DNA of 64,000 nt from Paramoeba atlantica (taxonomy: Eukaryota; Protista; Discosea), in the NCBI GenBank assembly GCA_977017575.1, contig CDRNVI010000074.1, positions 1 through 64,000 of the forward strand. Reading direction: 5' to 3'. Under the pieces are notes generated by a model. That model was not told the DNA's origin, made no database searches, and saw only the letters and a program-made list of their open reading frames with translations. Each line of letters begins with the position of its first letter. Position 1 is the stretch's first letter. Positions 63,072 to 64,000 of this stretch are shown in pieces. The translations under genes were made by a program, and so were the position numbers.

Positions 63072-63629
63072 TAGACGATGGTCAGTGTATCATACTATGG
63101 TGATATTGAGTACAAGTCGGACTTCTTTATATGAACTTCCTTTCTGGTAACCGGCACTATAAATGTAGGTTGAAATCCATTTTTTTCTGTTCAAAAAAAC
63201 CTTTTCGTGACTCTTTAAAACGTTTCCACTCATACTCATGACGTTTCAACTTATATTTCAATGATTGGAATACTCAATGGACCGCCCAGGATGTACTACA
63301 TTGGTCTGCTTGGTATTGGTGGCGTACAAAAAGGATAAGGTGCGGCTCTCAGGCGCTCCCAGACACTCCCACCCAGTTTCTTAAGGAGCACATTCTTCAT
63401 GTGCCGTATAACCCAAAGAAGCCAGGTAAAGGTAAGAAGAAGAAGGAGTTGTCTGAATAGAAATATGATCGTATTTAAGTTTAATAAGATAACTACACCA
63501 TACGAGTAGATGTCGGCACGAATAAAATAACTACAGCTTACTACACCATACGAATAGATGTCGACACGAATATTTTTATTTTTCACATTTTTTAGCATTC
63601 TTTTTAGTACAATATTCCTTCTGTAGGAT

Positions 63630-64000
63630 ATGGACGCAGAGGACAACAAATCTTTAAAGAAAACGATCCTTCGTGAATTTGAAGACGACGAGGTGGCAGA
63701 AGATGATATCAATCAAACGACGAGCTCAATGATATCATCATATCATTGAGCTCGTCGTTAGCTCGACGAAAAAGGTTTTCACGAAACGCGTAACTGTGTT
63801 TGATAAGCCAGTCCTCCAGATTTCTCCTGAAGAGCTTGGTGAGAAGGTGACAAGCATCATGGAACGGGTAAACAGGGCCCTGTAATGTTTTTCAGTGGGA
63901 AAGAGGAGCATTGGTAATGTTCCTGTTGGCTCCTCTATCCTTCGTCGCACAGTTCTTTTCCTGTTACAGCACCGAGGACATCTCCTACTCGATGTGCGTC
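63630..64000 (+). pseudogene. Disrupted ORF of unknown product
   Basis: AG acceptor at 63625-63626 before the ATG. Frame is restored by removing the 34-nt insertion at 63711-63744. One further TAA. Confidence 0.45.

Noticed and set aside
1-64000. Stop-codon reassignment suggested by in-frame stops in TE remnants and at 25740
   Set aside because: Long host ORFs have no internal stops and end in TAA, TAG and TGA alike. Internal stops are confined to degraded elements and one ambiguous 5' region.

Overview
Eukaryotic, intron-free window. Every credible host gene (about 20) lies on the + strand with short spacers, and several have polypyrimidine/AG tracts before the start. This is the layout of a kinetoplastid-type polycistronic unit. 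The LRR gene type and the compact genes suggest a Perkinsela-like prokinetoplastid, but the taxon is inference only. Host genes in order: GT60 GlcNAc-transferase (3' part), a Trp-rich protein, TFIIH p44, FG-less Nup54, a DUF789-like protein with a 1.2-kb PTTTPT minisatellite, a predicted beta-barrel, ThrRS, kinesin, PET117-like, an RWD-EEP-2H-AEP fusion, a tandem SPOUT protein, CCT3, a ZZ/RING protein, a helical-repeat protein, an LRR protein, ABCG, dCMP deaminase, TIM50/NIF-like, START-like, DUF2071-like and a DEAD-box helicase. Two transposon graveyards (about 1.7-4.8 kb and 31-53.6 kb) hold nested Tc1/IS630-like, pogo-like, Merlin and MITE-like elements, a CRE-type retrotransposon tail, and a dispersed hairpin-ended family resembling non-autonomous Helitron2/Helentron. 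The best leads are the RWD-EEP-2H-AEP fusion, sharp C-rich to G-rich skew flips inside ORFs, coding-like N-terminal extensions without AUG, the Helitron2-like family with a covarying hairpin, and a templated-inversion repair scar. All family assignments come from motif recognition by eye; no searches were run. No tRNA, rRNA or CRISPR array was found.
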